Below are positions 20,110 through 29,822 of a stretch of DNA of 64,000 nucleotides, in pieces. Made by a program: the position numbers and the translations under genes. The stretch lies in NCBI GenBank assembly GCA_051971635.1, contig JBFPLN010000001.1, positions 160,001 to 224,000 of the forward strand. Direction: 5' to 3'. Position 1 is the stretch's first letter; each line of letters opens with the position of its first letter. The DNA comes from Candidatus Atelocyanobacterium thalassae. Its GTDB lineage: Bacteria; Cyanobacteriota; Cyanobacteriia; Cyanobacteriales; Microcystaceae. The notes under the pieces were generated by a model that was given only the letters and a program-made list of their open reading frames with translations, was not told where the DNA came from and ran no database searches.

Positions 20110-21171
20110 CTATAAGAAATTTTGGAATTCAGGATAATTCGCTATCTGTTTTAGTATTTGTTTAATATCTTGAGTACGATTTTTATCAACTACAAGAGTA
20201 ACATTTTTATCACGGACAATAACTAAATTTTCTAGACCAATAGTAGCAATCAACTCATTCTTTTCACTTGCATAAATAATAGAACCTGTCGTATCAAGAC
20301 CTATATGTTTACAATATTCTATATTAGTTGTTGTCGTGTCAGTTAATCGTTCTAGAGAATTCCAGTCTCCTAAATCATCCCAACCAAAATTAGCACTTAA
20401 TATATAGGTAAATTTAGTTTTTTCCATTAAAGCATAATCAATACTAATCTTTTCGAAATCTTGATAAGCATCTTTACCTTTCTTCCGAAGAGAGTTTAAA
20501 AGCTGAGGAGTATATTTTTCTAATTCTTGCAGCATAATATCTGCACGAAATATTAATATTCCACTATTCCAACTAAACTTACCATTTGCAATTAACAATT
20601 CCGCAGTTTTTTGATCAGGCTTTTCCATGAAACGGTTAACTTGATAGGCAGGAAGATTACCAACATAATTAATTAGTTTTCCTTGTTCGATATACCCATA
20701 ACCTGTAGAAGGATATGTTGGTTGAACTCCTAGTGTAATTATTGCATTTCCCGGAGAAGCTAATTGAAAAGCAGAATCTAAAGTGATTAAAAAATCTTCT
20801 TCGTTTTTTATCCAATGATCTGCAGGGAAAAATCCTATAATTACATTATTTCCATATCGTTTAACGATTTCTAATGTCGCCCATGCAACTGCAGGAGCAG
20901 TATCTTTCCCCTGAGGTTCAATTAGTATATTAGAGTCTACTAAATGTGGTAGATGCTTTTTAACGTTTTCAACAATAGAAGCAGTAGTAACAATCCAAAG
21001 ATTATTCCAACTTTTAGCTGCGGGCAGTAAGCGATTAGCTGTGGACTGTAATAAACTATCTCCAGTACTATCTAGAGATAAAAACTGTTTAGGATGTTTA
21101 CGGCGGGAAAGAGGCCAAAATCGTTCGCCTTTTCCACCAGCAAGAATTACAGGTATAAAAGATTGAGCCAT
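20110..21171 (-). CDS. manC: Mannose-1-phosphate guanylyltransferase
   Basis: ILAGGKGERFWPLSR, PADH, TGYGYIE, FMEKP, WNSG, SIDYALME, GWDDLG. Confidence 0.9.
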   Translation of the reverse strand: MAQSFIPVILAGGKGERFWPLSRRKHPKQFLSLDSTGDSLLQSTANRLLPAAKSWNNLWIVTTASIVENVKKHLPHLVDSNILIEPQGKDTAPAVAWATLEIVKRYGNNVIIGFFPADHWIKNEEDFLITLDSAFQLASPGNAIITLGVQPTYPSTGYGYIEQGKLINYVGNLPAYQVNRFMEKPDQKTAELLIANGKFSWNSGILIFRADIMLQELEKYTPQLLNSLRKKGKDAYQDFEKISIDYALMEKTKFTYILSANFGWDDLGDWNSLERLTDTTTTNIEYCKHIGLDTTGSIIYASEKNELIATIGLENLVIVRDKNVTLVVDKNRTQDIKQILKQIANYPEFQNFL

Positions 21172-21540
21172 TTTGTCTGTATCATTCAGTATTTGAAATG
21201 ATTGTATCTCTAAATAACAAATTAGTTTAACTTTTAATTAATAAGTTGTGATATTGAACTTTGATGAAAATTAATAAGGAAGTTGTCAAACTTTATAGTT
21301 TTTGAATAATTATGACTACGTAAGTATAAAAAACAATATTTCCCATACTTTAGTTTTTATATAAACTTTAAAATTCTTTTATACCTTTATATTTTAAATG
21401 TTTTTATGTATATCATTATGTCTTGATTAATAGTGCTGAAGTTTATATTATTGCTATGCTATTAACTTATAATTATGCAGGCTATTAATATCCCTATAAA
21501 TTATGTATCGCACTGTTGTGAATAGTAAATCAGAAAACTT

Positions 21541-22431
21541 ATGTTAGGATTTATTGGTTTAAATAAACCATCAGGTTTAACATCCCATGATTGTATTAAT
21601 AAATTAAGAAAATTATTAGATATTAAAAAAGTAGGTCATGGAGGTACTCTTGATCCTGCCGCTACAGGTGTATTACCTATAGCAGTAGGGAAAGCAACAC
21701 GTTTATTACCTTTTTTGTCGGAAGATAAAACTTACAACGCCACTATAATTTTTGGATTACAAACTCAAACAGATGATTTGGAAGGAGAAATTATTAGAGT
21801 AAAATCTGCAATTAATCTTACTTTAGAAGACATTAAACCTTTGTTAAAAAATTTTGTAGGAGATATAGAACAAATTCCACCTTCATATAGCGCTATCCAA
21901 AAAGATGGTAAACGTTTGTATTCCTGTGCAAGAAGAGGAGAAAAACTGGATATACCAGCGAGAACAGTTAGAGTTAATATGATTAAAGTATTAAACTGGA
22001 ATCCTGGTGAGTTTCCAGAATTAACAATTAATATCCAATGTGGTCCAGGAACTTATATTAGGTCATTAGCTAGAGATTTAGGTAAAAAATTAGGTATTGG
22101 TGGAACTTTAGCTAAACTAGTTAGAACAGAAAGTTGCGGCATTATATTACCATACACATCAACTTTAGAAAGAATAAATAAACAATTAAAATATGATAAA
22201 TTTTCCCTAATCAAGCCAGAATTTTTATTAAAAAGACTTCCTGTTATAAAGTTATCTTCAGCAGAGAGTTTCCGCTGGTGCCAAGGGCAAAAAGTGCTCG
22301 CTGACATACAAAATGTAGTGTCTTTTGGAAAGTTTATTCGAATTAATAGTGAAGAAGAATTCCTGGGAATAAGTAGTTACATATATGAAAATAACGATAC
22401 ATTTCTTAAGCCTAAAGTCGTTATCAAATAA
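21541..22431 (+). CDS. truB: tRNA pseudouridine(55) synthase
   Basis: KVGHGGTLDPAATGVL, QIPPSYSA, GTYIRSLARD. Confidence 0.95.
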   Translation: MLGFIGLNKPSGLTSHDCINKLRKLLDIKKVGHGGTLDPAATGVLPIAVGKATRLLPFLSEDKTYNATIIFGLQTQTDDLEGEIIRVKSAINLTLEDIKPLLKNFVGDIEQIPPSYSAIQKDGKRLYSCARRGEKLDIPARTVRVNMIKVLNWNPGEFPELTINIQCGPGTYIRSLARDLGKKLGIGGTLAKLVRTESCGIILPYTSTLERINKQLKYDKFSLIKPEFLLKRLPVIKLSSAESFRWCQGQKVLADIQNVVSFGKFIRINSEEEFLGISSYIYENNDTFLKPKVVIK

Positions 22432-22477
22432 AGTATATAATACTCTTACTTAATTATAAGCGTTTAATAGTAAGTTA

Positions 22478-23173
22478 CTAAGAAGATAGCACATCACCAC
22501 AATTTTTATTAATAGGGATTGCTTGTTCTATTTTGGAAGGTTGGGGTAACTCGAGATTATTCATAAGATTTATAAAATCTTGACGATTAATTCCTGTAAA
22601 GCGAGAGTTAGCTCTTTTCTCTTCTCCTATAGTCGATACAGTAAATCCTTGGTAATCATGTCCTGGATACACTAAAGTTTCGTCAGGTAAATTAAAGAGT
22701 TTCATAGTTACAGAATCATAAAGAACTCCTGCATCACCACTCTGAAAATCTGTTCTTCCACATCCCCTAATTAATAGAGTGTCTCCAGTTAGTACTAGAG
22801 ATTGATTTATTAAATACGAACAGTGGCTATCTGTGTGCCCAGGAGTATATATAGCCTTAATCTTTATATTACCTAAGAATAAAATTTCTTTATCCTTAAT
22901 ATGATGATCTGCACATTTTACAATTTCGTTTTTGGGTATAATTCCTAGACATTTGGTCAATTCTCTTAACTTGCCTGTGCCTGTTATATGATCAGCATGA
23001 ATATGAGTTTCTATGCAGTATTTTAGTGTTAATTTTAATTCTTTAATTAACTTAATATCTCTTGTAACATTCTCAAATACTGGGTCAACTAAGACAGCTT
23101 CTCCCGTATGAATATCAGCAATTAGATAGGTATATGTTGATGATTCTTTATCAAATAGCTGACGAAAAAGCAT
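22478..23173 (-). CDS. ETHE1-like persulfide dioxygenase (MBL fold)
   Basis: MLFRQLFD..SSTYTYL, ETHIHADHITG, TPGHT, GCGRTDFQ, PGHDY; likely ATG at 23173. Confidence 0.85.
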   Translation of the reverse strand: MLFRQLFDKESSTYTYLIADIHTGEAVLVDPVFENVTRDIKLIKELKLTLKYCIETHIHADHITGTGKLRELTKCLGIIPKNEIVKCADHHIKDKEILFLGNIKIKAIYTPGHTDSHCSYLINQSLVLTGDTLLIRGCGRTDFQSGDAGVLYDSVTMKLFNLPDETLVYPGHDYQGFTVSTIGEEKRANSRFTGINRQDFINLMNNLELPQPSKIEQAIPINKNCGDVLSS

Positions 23174-23703
23174 AAGAAAATGTAGTGATGTCACCATACA
23201 TTGTACAGTATTGGAAGAGCCTTTTTTGAAGGAATTTTGCAAATAACAAAATATATTATTATGTTTTTAATAATACAAATCATTATGATAATGAACTTAA
23301 TACTAAGTGATTTATTTCTTTAATAAACATAAATATATTTGTATACTTGTAACAATATTTATAAAATATTAGAGATTAGTATATTAAGCTAATAAACAAA
23401 GATTTACTAAGTAAAACAAAAAAAATGATGATAATATAGGTGTTTTTTTTGCACTTTAAAATACTTCTTATATTTTTAGTTGTGTCAAAATTTTATAGAT
23501 GTAGACAATACTTACACAATTAAGTAAATAAAATTATTAATTGTTTTGCTAACAACGAATAAAGCATTATAAAACGATTAATCAAATACTTTTGTATATA
23601 TAATCATATATTTTTAAAAATTTATTATACTTATTGAATATATTTATATACTGATGATTTATCTTAATTAATAAATATACAAACATGGAGAGTAGTTAAT
23701 AGA

Positions 23704-24906
23704 GTGTCATATCAAGAATTGACTCAGAAAATTGTAACTTCAGATCTTTATAGTTATTACTTTTCTAAAATTACTTGTCAAAGAGCATGGATGCAGATAG
23801 ATCTTGATGCCTTAGTTTATAACGTAACTCAAATTAAAAATTTATTATCTACTGAAACTGAACTAATGGCAGTTGTAAAAGCTGATGGTTATGGCCATGG
23901 GGGAGTTACTGTAGCTAAGACAGTACTTAAGGCAGGAGCAAGTGCTTTAGCTGTGGCTACGTTAGTTGAAGGGATAGAATTACGCGAAGCAGGTATTAAT
24001 TCACCAATATTAGTATTAGGTGTAACGAATACACCTGAAGAGGTAGTTGCGAATATTCACTGGAATTTAGAAGCTACACTTTGCTGTCCAGAACAAGCTT
24101 TTATGATTTCTAGAACTTTATCTCAATATAAAAAGCAATTATCTGTCCATCTTAAATTAGATACAGGAATGTCTCGTTTAGGTACTCCTTGGTATCAAGG
24201 GACTAGATTAATTAAATTAATACAAAAACTACCATATTTGACATTATCAGGTATTTATTCTCATCTTTCTTCATCTGATGATCAAAATACTACAAGTGTA
24301 GAATTGCAACATCAACGTTTTGAAACAGTAATTTCTAATTTGAAACACCATAATAAACCTTGTTTACATTTTGCTAATTCTGCAGCTACAATTAACCATC
24401 CTCAGTTACACTATAGTTTGGTGAGAGTAGGTTTAGCTCTATACGGTCTGTATCCATCTCCTCATTTACGTTCTAGAGTTTCTTTGAGGCCTATATTGCA
24501 AGTCAAAGCAAAGATTACTCAAATTAAAACTATTTCTCAAGGAACAAAAGTTAGTTATGGCTATCAATTTACCAGTAGGCACTCAATGATAATTGCAATA
24601 GTTAGTATAGGTTATGCTGATGGTGTTCCTCGAAACTTATCAAATCGGCTTCAAGTATTAATTCATGGTCAAAGGGCAAATCAAATTGGAGCTATTACTA
24701 TGGATCAGTTAATACTAGATATAAGTCACTTGAAAAATATAAGAGTTGGAGATATAGCAACATTAATTGGTAAAGATGGAGAACAAGAAATTACAGCGGA
24801 TGACTGGGCATCAGAATTAGGAACTATTTCTTGGGAAATTCTTTGTGGCTTTAAGCGAAGATTGCCTAGAGTCAATATTCAAAATCTTTTTAATAAAGAT
24901 CAGTAA
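23704..24906 (+). CDS. alr: Alanine racemase
   Basis: AVVKADGYGHG PLP lysine, KLDTGMSRLG, VSYG, GYADG, GTISWEI. Confidence 0.95.
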   Translation: MSYQELTQKIVTSDLYSYYFSKITCQRAWMQIDLDALVYNVTQIKNLLSTETELMAVVKADGYGHGGVTVAKTVLKAGASALAVATLVEGIELREAGINSPILVLGVTNTPEEVVANIHWNLEATLCCPEQAFMISRTLSQYKKQLSVHLKLDTGMSRLGTPWYQGTRLIKLIQKLPYLTLSGIYSHLSSSDDQNTTSVELQHQRFETVISNLKHHNKPCLHFANSAATINHPQLHYSLVRVGLALYGLYPSPHLRSRVSLRPILQVKAKITQIKTISQGTKVSYGYQFTSRHSMIIAIVSIGYADGVPRNLSNRLQVLIHGQRANQIGAITMDQLILDISHLKNIRVGDIATLIGKDGEQEITADDWASELGTISWEILCGFKRRLPRVNIQNLFNKDQ

Positions 24907-25047
24907 CTATGTAATTTATGATTTTTTTGTATGGAAGCTAAAACTAATTTTACTATTTACTCATTTACTTTTAACATTCCTCTAAAATATTGAAGATAAT
25001 ACTAAAGAAAATGAAAGTTCATAGATATTCTAAATCAACTTTAATTA

Positions 25048-25557
25048 ATGTCTATATTACACTCTATTCTAATAAACCAGGAAGAAACTCATAACATTTA
25101 CGAGTTATATACTATACATCCTACAAAATTTATAATATATAATTACGCCGAACTTTTACCTAATTGGAACAAATCTCCTCATTCTATAATTATTATTTTA
25201 CTATATTCCGCAATACCTTTAGATGACAACTCTATACGAATTAAAAAAGAAAAAAACAGACTAAGACAAAATTTTTTACAATTAGGAAAAACTATCCAAC
25301 TAATTTTACAAAAAAAACAGTACTTAGCCGAGGTTATAGATCCTCGAGATGGAAAACCAATTAGTTCAGTTTCTGGTAATATTTTTTTTGATAGTGTAGC
25401 AGTTGTTCATAAGTCATTAAAAATAAATTATATTGCTGCTAAGAAATGCAAGTTACTATATCATCCGTATAAAAAGACAAGTATTTATCCAGGCCTAATA
25501 ATCTCCAACGCTAGAGTTAATAGACTTAATAATTTAATAACAGCAAGTATTCCTTAA
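25048..25557 (+). CDS. MMADHC/CblD-like (methylmalonic aciduria and homocystinuria type D) cyanobacterial protein
   Basis: EKNRLRQNF, IDPRDGKP, FDSVAVVH, CKLLYHP..IYPG pattern. Confidence 0.65.
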   Translation: MSILHSILINQEETHNIYELYTIHPTKFIIYNYAELLPNWNKSPHSIIIILLYSAIPLDDNSIRIKKEKNRLRQNFLQLGKTIQLILQKKQYLAEVIDPRDGKPISSVSGNIFFDSVAVVHKSLKINYIAAKKCKLLYHPYKKTSIYPGLIISNARVNRLNNLITASIP

Positions 25558-25737
25558 AGATTAAATCAAATAGGCTTTATATACTAATTATCAAAGCTTA
25601 TTAATTTCAAACTATCATTATTTAGCGTGAACATAGCTTACTAATATCTTCGATGTTTTGAAAATATTAAAAGACAAAAAGATTACTCTATCTCTAGAGG
25701 TGTATCTTGTTCATGAAAATATAATACAGGAATTAAC

Positions 25738-25787
25738 ACTACTTAAAAATAATTAAGATATTAATATTTTAATTATTTTTAAGTAGT
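25738..25787. terminator. 50-bp near-perfect palindrome downstream of rpsF, between convergent genes
   Basis: ACTACTTAAAAATAATTAAGATATTAATATTTTAATTATTTTTAAGTAGT with a single G/T mismatch, 15 nt after the rpsF stop. Confidence 0.7.
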
Positions 25788-25802
25788 ACAAAAAGCAGAA
25801 GA

Positions 25803-26243
25803 TTAACCTTCAGAAACAACTGGTTCCGCTATTTTTGTTTCAACAGTTTCAGATTCAGAAGCTTTAGATGTAGTTTTTTCTGATTCTTCTGGTTTTTCTT
25901 TAACTTCAGAATTAGAATCATCATTATCAAGCTCAGAAGCCTGTTCAATTGAATCTTCGTCTAATTTAATTGTAAGGTAGCGTAAGACATCTTCTTCTAA
26001 ACGCATTATTCTTTCCAAAGGTTCAATTTGTGTACCATCGGCTTGGTAATTAAACTGAACATATATACCATCAAGTTTTTTCTGAATAGGATAAGCAAGA
26101 CGACGCTTTCCCCAAACTTTTACCTTGATATCAACAGCACTATTTTTGGTTAAAAAGTCTTGATATTTACTTACAGCTTGATTTGCCTGCTCTTCAGACA
26201 GATCAGGACGTAAAATATAAATCATTTCATAATGTTGACTCAT
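25803..26243 (-). CDS. rpsF: 30S ribosomal protein S6 with acidic C-terminal tail
   Basis: [27 protein letters not shown]. Confidence 0.96.
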   Translation of the reverse strand: MSQHYEMIYILRPDLSEEQANQAVSKYQDFLTKNSAVDIKVKVWGKRRLAYPIQKKLDGIYVQFNYQADGTQIEPLERIMRLEEDVLRYLTIKLDEDSIEQASELDNDDSNSEVKEKPEESEKTTSKASESETVETKIAEPVVSEG

Positions 26244-26252
26244 TACTTTAAA

Positions 26253-26311
26253 CTCCTTTTGGACATATTGGCTTCTAGTTTAGTCATAATTTTCTGATTA
26301 AGAAGCAAGGA
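26253..26311 (-). promoter_or_regulatory. S6:S18-binding rpsF leader RNA
   Basis: Minus strand TCCTT-GCTTCT...AGAAG-CCA-ATATGTCCAAAAGGAG: TCCTT can pair with the SD (AAGGA), with an inner stem followed by a CCR motif, the layout of known S6:S18 leaders. Confidence 0.7.
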
Positions 26312-26481
26312 TCGTTGAAGACTAATGCTAATACAAAACAATAAAGTCTTACTTTTGGCATAAATTCTTCAATACTACACCATTGTCGAATGTAACTCTT
26401 GCGAAAGATGAATCAGATATAGTTAACTTAACTGATTATTAACGTTTATGCCAAGATTTTGAAAGTAAATTAGATTTAAAA

Positions 26482-26517
26482 TATAAAAGTTCTAAGGTTA
26501 AGCTTAGAACTTTTATA
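26482..26517. terminator. 15-bp perfect inverted repeat
   Basis: TATAAAAGTTCTAAG-GTTAAG-CTTAGAACTTTTATA, downstream of the Tic20 gene. Confidence 0.65.
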
Positions 26518-26787
26518 CTTATCTTCAAAGAGAAATCATGCTACTTTAAGTTCAATTTTTATAAAAAAATTAATTTTTACTTTGATGACATAACTTTCTA
26601 GATTTATGTAAAAAATAGTAAATCTTATGAAAGCTAACTAAAATTATTAAATATTTACTTCCTAGTTATAATTCTTATTTCTTTAGCAATTTATTACATA
26701 AGACTTCAACAAGAATGAATAGTTTACTAGGAAGATGATAAGAAAAGAGTCTTATGCATTTGTTTAAACTAATAGATTTAGACTTAA

Positions 26788-27294
26788 TTAACGAATACGT
26801 GAATAAGCAGCTTCCGAAATAGTAGGAATTTCAGCATATCTACCTAATACACTTTGAATCATAGAATAATAGGAAGCAACAAGACCTCCTAAAAATATAA
26901 GACTATAAAAAGTTTCTATGAACAAACCACTATGTCCTAAAGTGGGAATTAAAACATATTGCATTACAATTCTTGCTAAGGCTAATGAAATTGATATAAG
27001 AATAGATTGCATTGTATTGTAGCGAATAAAATGACTAATCTTTTCATTTCTTACAACTGCTGCAAAGAGTATAATAAATACTGCAAAGCTAGCAAAACTT
27101 CCTAGAGGTCCTAGCAACGATGCAAGAAGTCCATAGCTTAATTCTACTGGTAAAGCAGGAAAACAAAAAAAACCAAAAGCAGGAAACTGTTGTAATAAGA
27201 AGCTTCCAAAAAATAGAGTATCATAAATAGCAAAACAATAGACTATGATTCCAAAAATACGATCCGGTATACTTACTGATCCACGCCAGGTCAT
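26788..27294 (-). CDS. Tic20 family protein
   Basis: MTWRGS..DRIF, VVRNEKISHFIRYNTMQSIL, GRYAEIPTISEAA; ATG at 27294 with AAAGGAG RBS. Confidence 0.9.
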   Translation of the reverse strand: MTWRGSVSIPDRIFGIIVYCFAIYDTLFFGSFLLQQFPAFGFFCFPALPVELSYGLLASLLGPLGSFASFAVFIILFAAVVRNEKISHFIRYNTMQSILISISLALARIVMQYVLIPTLGHSGLFIETFYSLIFLGGLVASYYSMIQSVLGRYAEIPTISEAAYSRIR

Positions 27295-27436
27295 TCTTAA
27301 TACTCCTTTGTTCCTAAAAAATTGAATATCATTAATGTACAACATTTATAGAAAATAATATTATTCAGTTCTAATCTGTATAAATTTACATAAGATTTTT
27401 TTGAAAAACTAATTTAATATTGTAATTTCTATCAAT

Positions 27437-27976
27437 TTATTTTAAATCTAGCAATCCTTTTTCTTTTAATTTAGGATTAAATCGAATCTCAACACTACTA
27501 CCACGCTCCAAAAGAGATTTTTCAATATCACTTTGGACTTGTCTAGCAATTTTTTTCAGAAGTTTTATTTGAGATATTTCATCGCTATTAGCATAAATTA
27601 CTCTATCTTCTTCTGTCATTTTTATTTTTGCATCAATAGGCTGAGTCCACAGCATTTGATATTCGCTGTTTTTAAGAATACACTCTTCATATTGTTCAGT
27701 CCAATTCATTTTAATTTGTTCTAAGATACTGCGGTTAGGATGTTCCATAATCTCAAACTTTAGCCAATAACAATTATCTGGTTGACGTACTAAATGTTGT
27801 TTTAAACTTAAATAAATATCACGAGAATAGCCTATAAATTGGATATGTTTACCTTTATTGAAGATTGCATAAACTCCTATTTTTCTGCATAATTTGTCAT
27901 CTATTAATCCATCATCATTTAGATATGGAAAGTAATCTAATGATTGCAAATCTGATACTTTATCTTTGGTAGTCAT
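27437..27976 (-). CDS. GIY-YIG-like nuclease family protein (conserved in cyanobacteria/plastids)
   Basis: IGVYAIF..QFIGYSRDI..SLKQHLVRQP, FNPKLKEKGLLDLK. Confidence 0.8.
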   Translation of the reverse strand: MTTKDKVSDLQSLDYFPYLNDDGLIDDKLCRKIGVYAIFNKGKHIQFIGYSRDIYLSLKQHLVRQPDNCYWLKFEIMEHPNRSILEQIKMNWTEQYEECILKNSEYQMLWTQPIDAKIKMTEEDRVIYANSDEISQIKLLKKIARQVQSDIEKSLLERGSSVEIRFNPKLKEKGLLDLK

Positions 27977-28506
27977 AATTTTAAAAAATTGATTAGATAT
28001 TAATACCTAGTATCTTCACTGATATAATAGTGGGTCCTCAGATGAAAATTTGAAATATTGTGGTATCTATCGTAAGTAAATTATATTAGTATAATTTCAA
28101 AACTTTAATATTTCAATAAATAAGTATCTTAGTTTAAAAACTATATATGACAATAATGACTCATTCATTAAATACTTAGTCAGTTTTTTAGTTGATCTAA
28201 ATAATATATCATTTTTTAATTAGAGATATTAGAACTTAATAAGTGACTGATATTTTTATTAAAATCATTACCTGTGATTTTTAAACTACATCTCAATGTA
28301 TCTTAGGACTTACATAACTATTATTATTAATTTTGAAATAAGATATAATGGTATCACTTTTCCATAGTTATCGTATATGGTAAAAACCTATATAACTTTA
28401 TATATAAAGCTTACTAAGTTAGTAATTAATAAAAGAATTAAATGTTTTTCTAATTTTTTGAATAGATAATTACTTAGTTTCACATTTGTTATAATATTAT
28501 TATCAT

Positions 28507-28591
28507 GGAGAGGTGGCAGAGTGGTTGAATGCGGTAGTCTCGAAAACTATTTTGTTGAAAGACAACGAGGGTTCGAATCCCTCTCTCTCCG
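28507..28591 (+). tRNA. tRNA-Ser (CGA)
   Basis: GGAGAGG acceptor, GTAGT-CTCGAAA-ACTAT anticodon arm, long variable arm, GTTCGAATCC, G73 discriminator. Confidence 0.95.
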
Positions 28592-28740
28592 TTATAAATC
28601 GTAAATATTCGAAATATTATTTTTCACTTATGATTACTTATAAATAATTTGTATCTTATTTTTTTATAATTTAGAGTAAATTGTTAACCGATGATAAAAG
28701 TAAAATTTTTTTTTATTTCTAATATAGATAAATAGTAGTA

Positions 28741-29328
28741 TTATTTTTTTAAGTAGATTGGTTGTTCGTGCAAAGAACCCAATCTATCAAAAGGCCAAAA
28801 ACGAACAAAAGCTTTACCAATAATTTTGTCTTTAGGAACGAAGCCCCAGTAATGAGAATCATAGCTATTGTTCCTATTATCTCCAAGAACAAGATACTCA
28901 TTTTCCGGTACTCTACTAGGTCCATAATTGTAATTAGGAGCCTCAAAGATATACTCCTCTAATATTTTTTTACCATTTACATATACTTTTCCCGCTTTTA
29001 CTTGAATCGTTTCTCCAGGAAGTCCTATAATTCGTTTAATAAATGCATCCTTAAAATTCTCTGCCTCAAGTGATTCTGTTGGATTAAATACTATCACATC
29101 TCCTCGAACAGGTTCTCGAAAACGATAACTTAATTTCTCTATTATTAAGCGATCATTCACTTCTAAAGTTGGTCTCATGGAAGAAGAAGGAATATAACGA
29201 GCTTCAGCAAGAAATGTTCTAATACCAAAAGAAAGAATAACTGCTGTAATAACAGTTTGTATTAGTTCAATCCAAGTATTGTTTTTAGAAACCTGAGAAC
29301 TTTTATTATTTTTCGAGCTTTGAGTCAT
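28741..29328 (-). CDS. lepB: Signal peptidase I
   Basis: IPSSSMRPTL, FIKRIIGLPGE, GDNRNNSYDSH. Confidence 0.95.
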   Translation of the reverse strand: MTQSSKNNKSSQVSKNNTWIELIQTVITAVILSFGIRTFLAEARYIPSSSMRPTLEVNDRLIIEKLSYRFREPVRGDVIVFNPTESLEAENFKDAFIKRIIGLPGETIQVKAGKVYVNGKKILEEYIFEAPNYNYGPSRVPENEYLVLGDNRNNSYDSHYWGFVPKDKIIGKAFVRFWPFDRLGSLHEQPIYLKK

Positions 29329-29399
29329 ATAAAAATATATTATTTAATTAAGAATTAATGTTCCGAAATTTTATTAAATAGAAAAAATATGATTTTTAA

Positions 29400-29680
29400 A
29401 TCCACTATTTATAAAAAAATATAGTTCTTCAAGTGAACAGAGAGGTTTTTAAAAATAACTTACTAGGTATATTTCTTAATTTTCTTCTTTAACAACAAAT
29501 TTTTAATAAATAATATCTTAATTAAGAACAGTAAGATTTCTCTTTAAAGACGCTAATAATTCGAATTAGTTGCCTAGAGTTAATAATTATAATTTATTTT
29601 TTTAACAGTTTATATAAAAAACAAATCAAAGTAGAACATAAATAATAACTTATACTGTTTATCCTTAACATCATAGATCA
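29400..29680 (-). pseudogene. Dihydroorotase-family (pyrC-like) remnant
   Basis: Minus strand, collinear: KQYKLLF/STLI ~ KxRGLPITASTTWM; TLGN*FELLASLKR ~ PLGNPxDRxALIEG; *KFVV ~ QKFV; KPLCSL ~ NPAxCL; EELYFF ~ AELILF. Upstream of lepB, a common neighbour. Confidence 0.4.
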
Positions 29681-29822
29681 TGTCAAAATCAATACCATAG
29701 GTAAATAACTTTGAATCTAAGTTACCTGATAGCCTTAAAATTACAAAAAAATCTTCACATAGAAAGGTAAGATAGTATCTTAATTTATAGCTAAAAATAT
29801 AATTATAATAAGAGCAATTAGT

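Noticed and set aside
27437..28591. GIY-YIG gene near tRNA-Ser as a homing endonuclease or integrated element
   Set aside because: It is the conserved cyanobacterial/plastid type; no integrase, intron or tRNA 3' duplication seen
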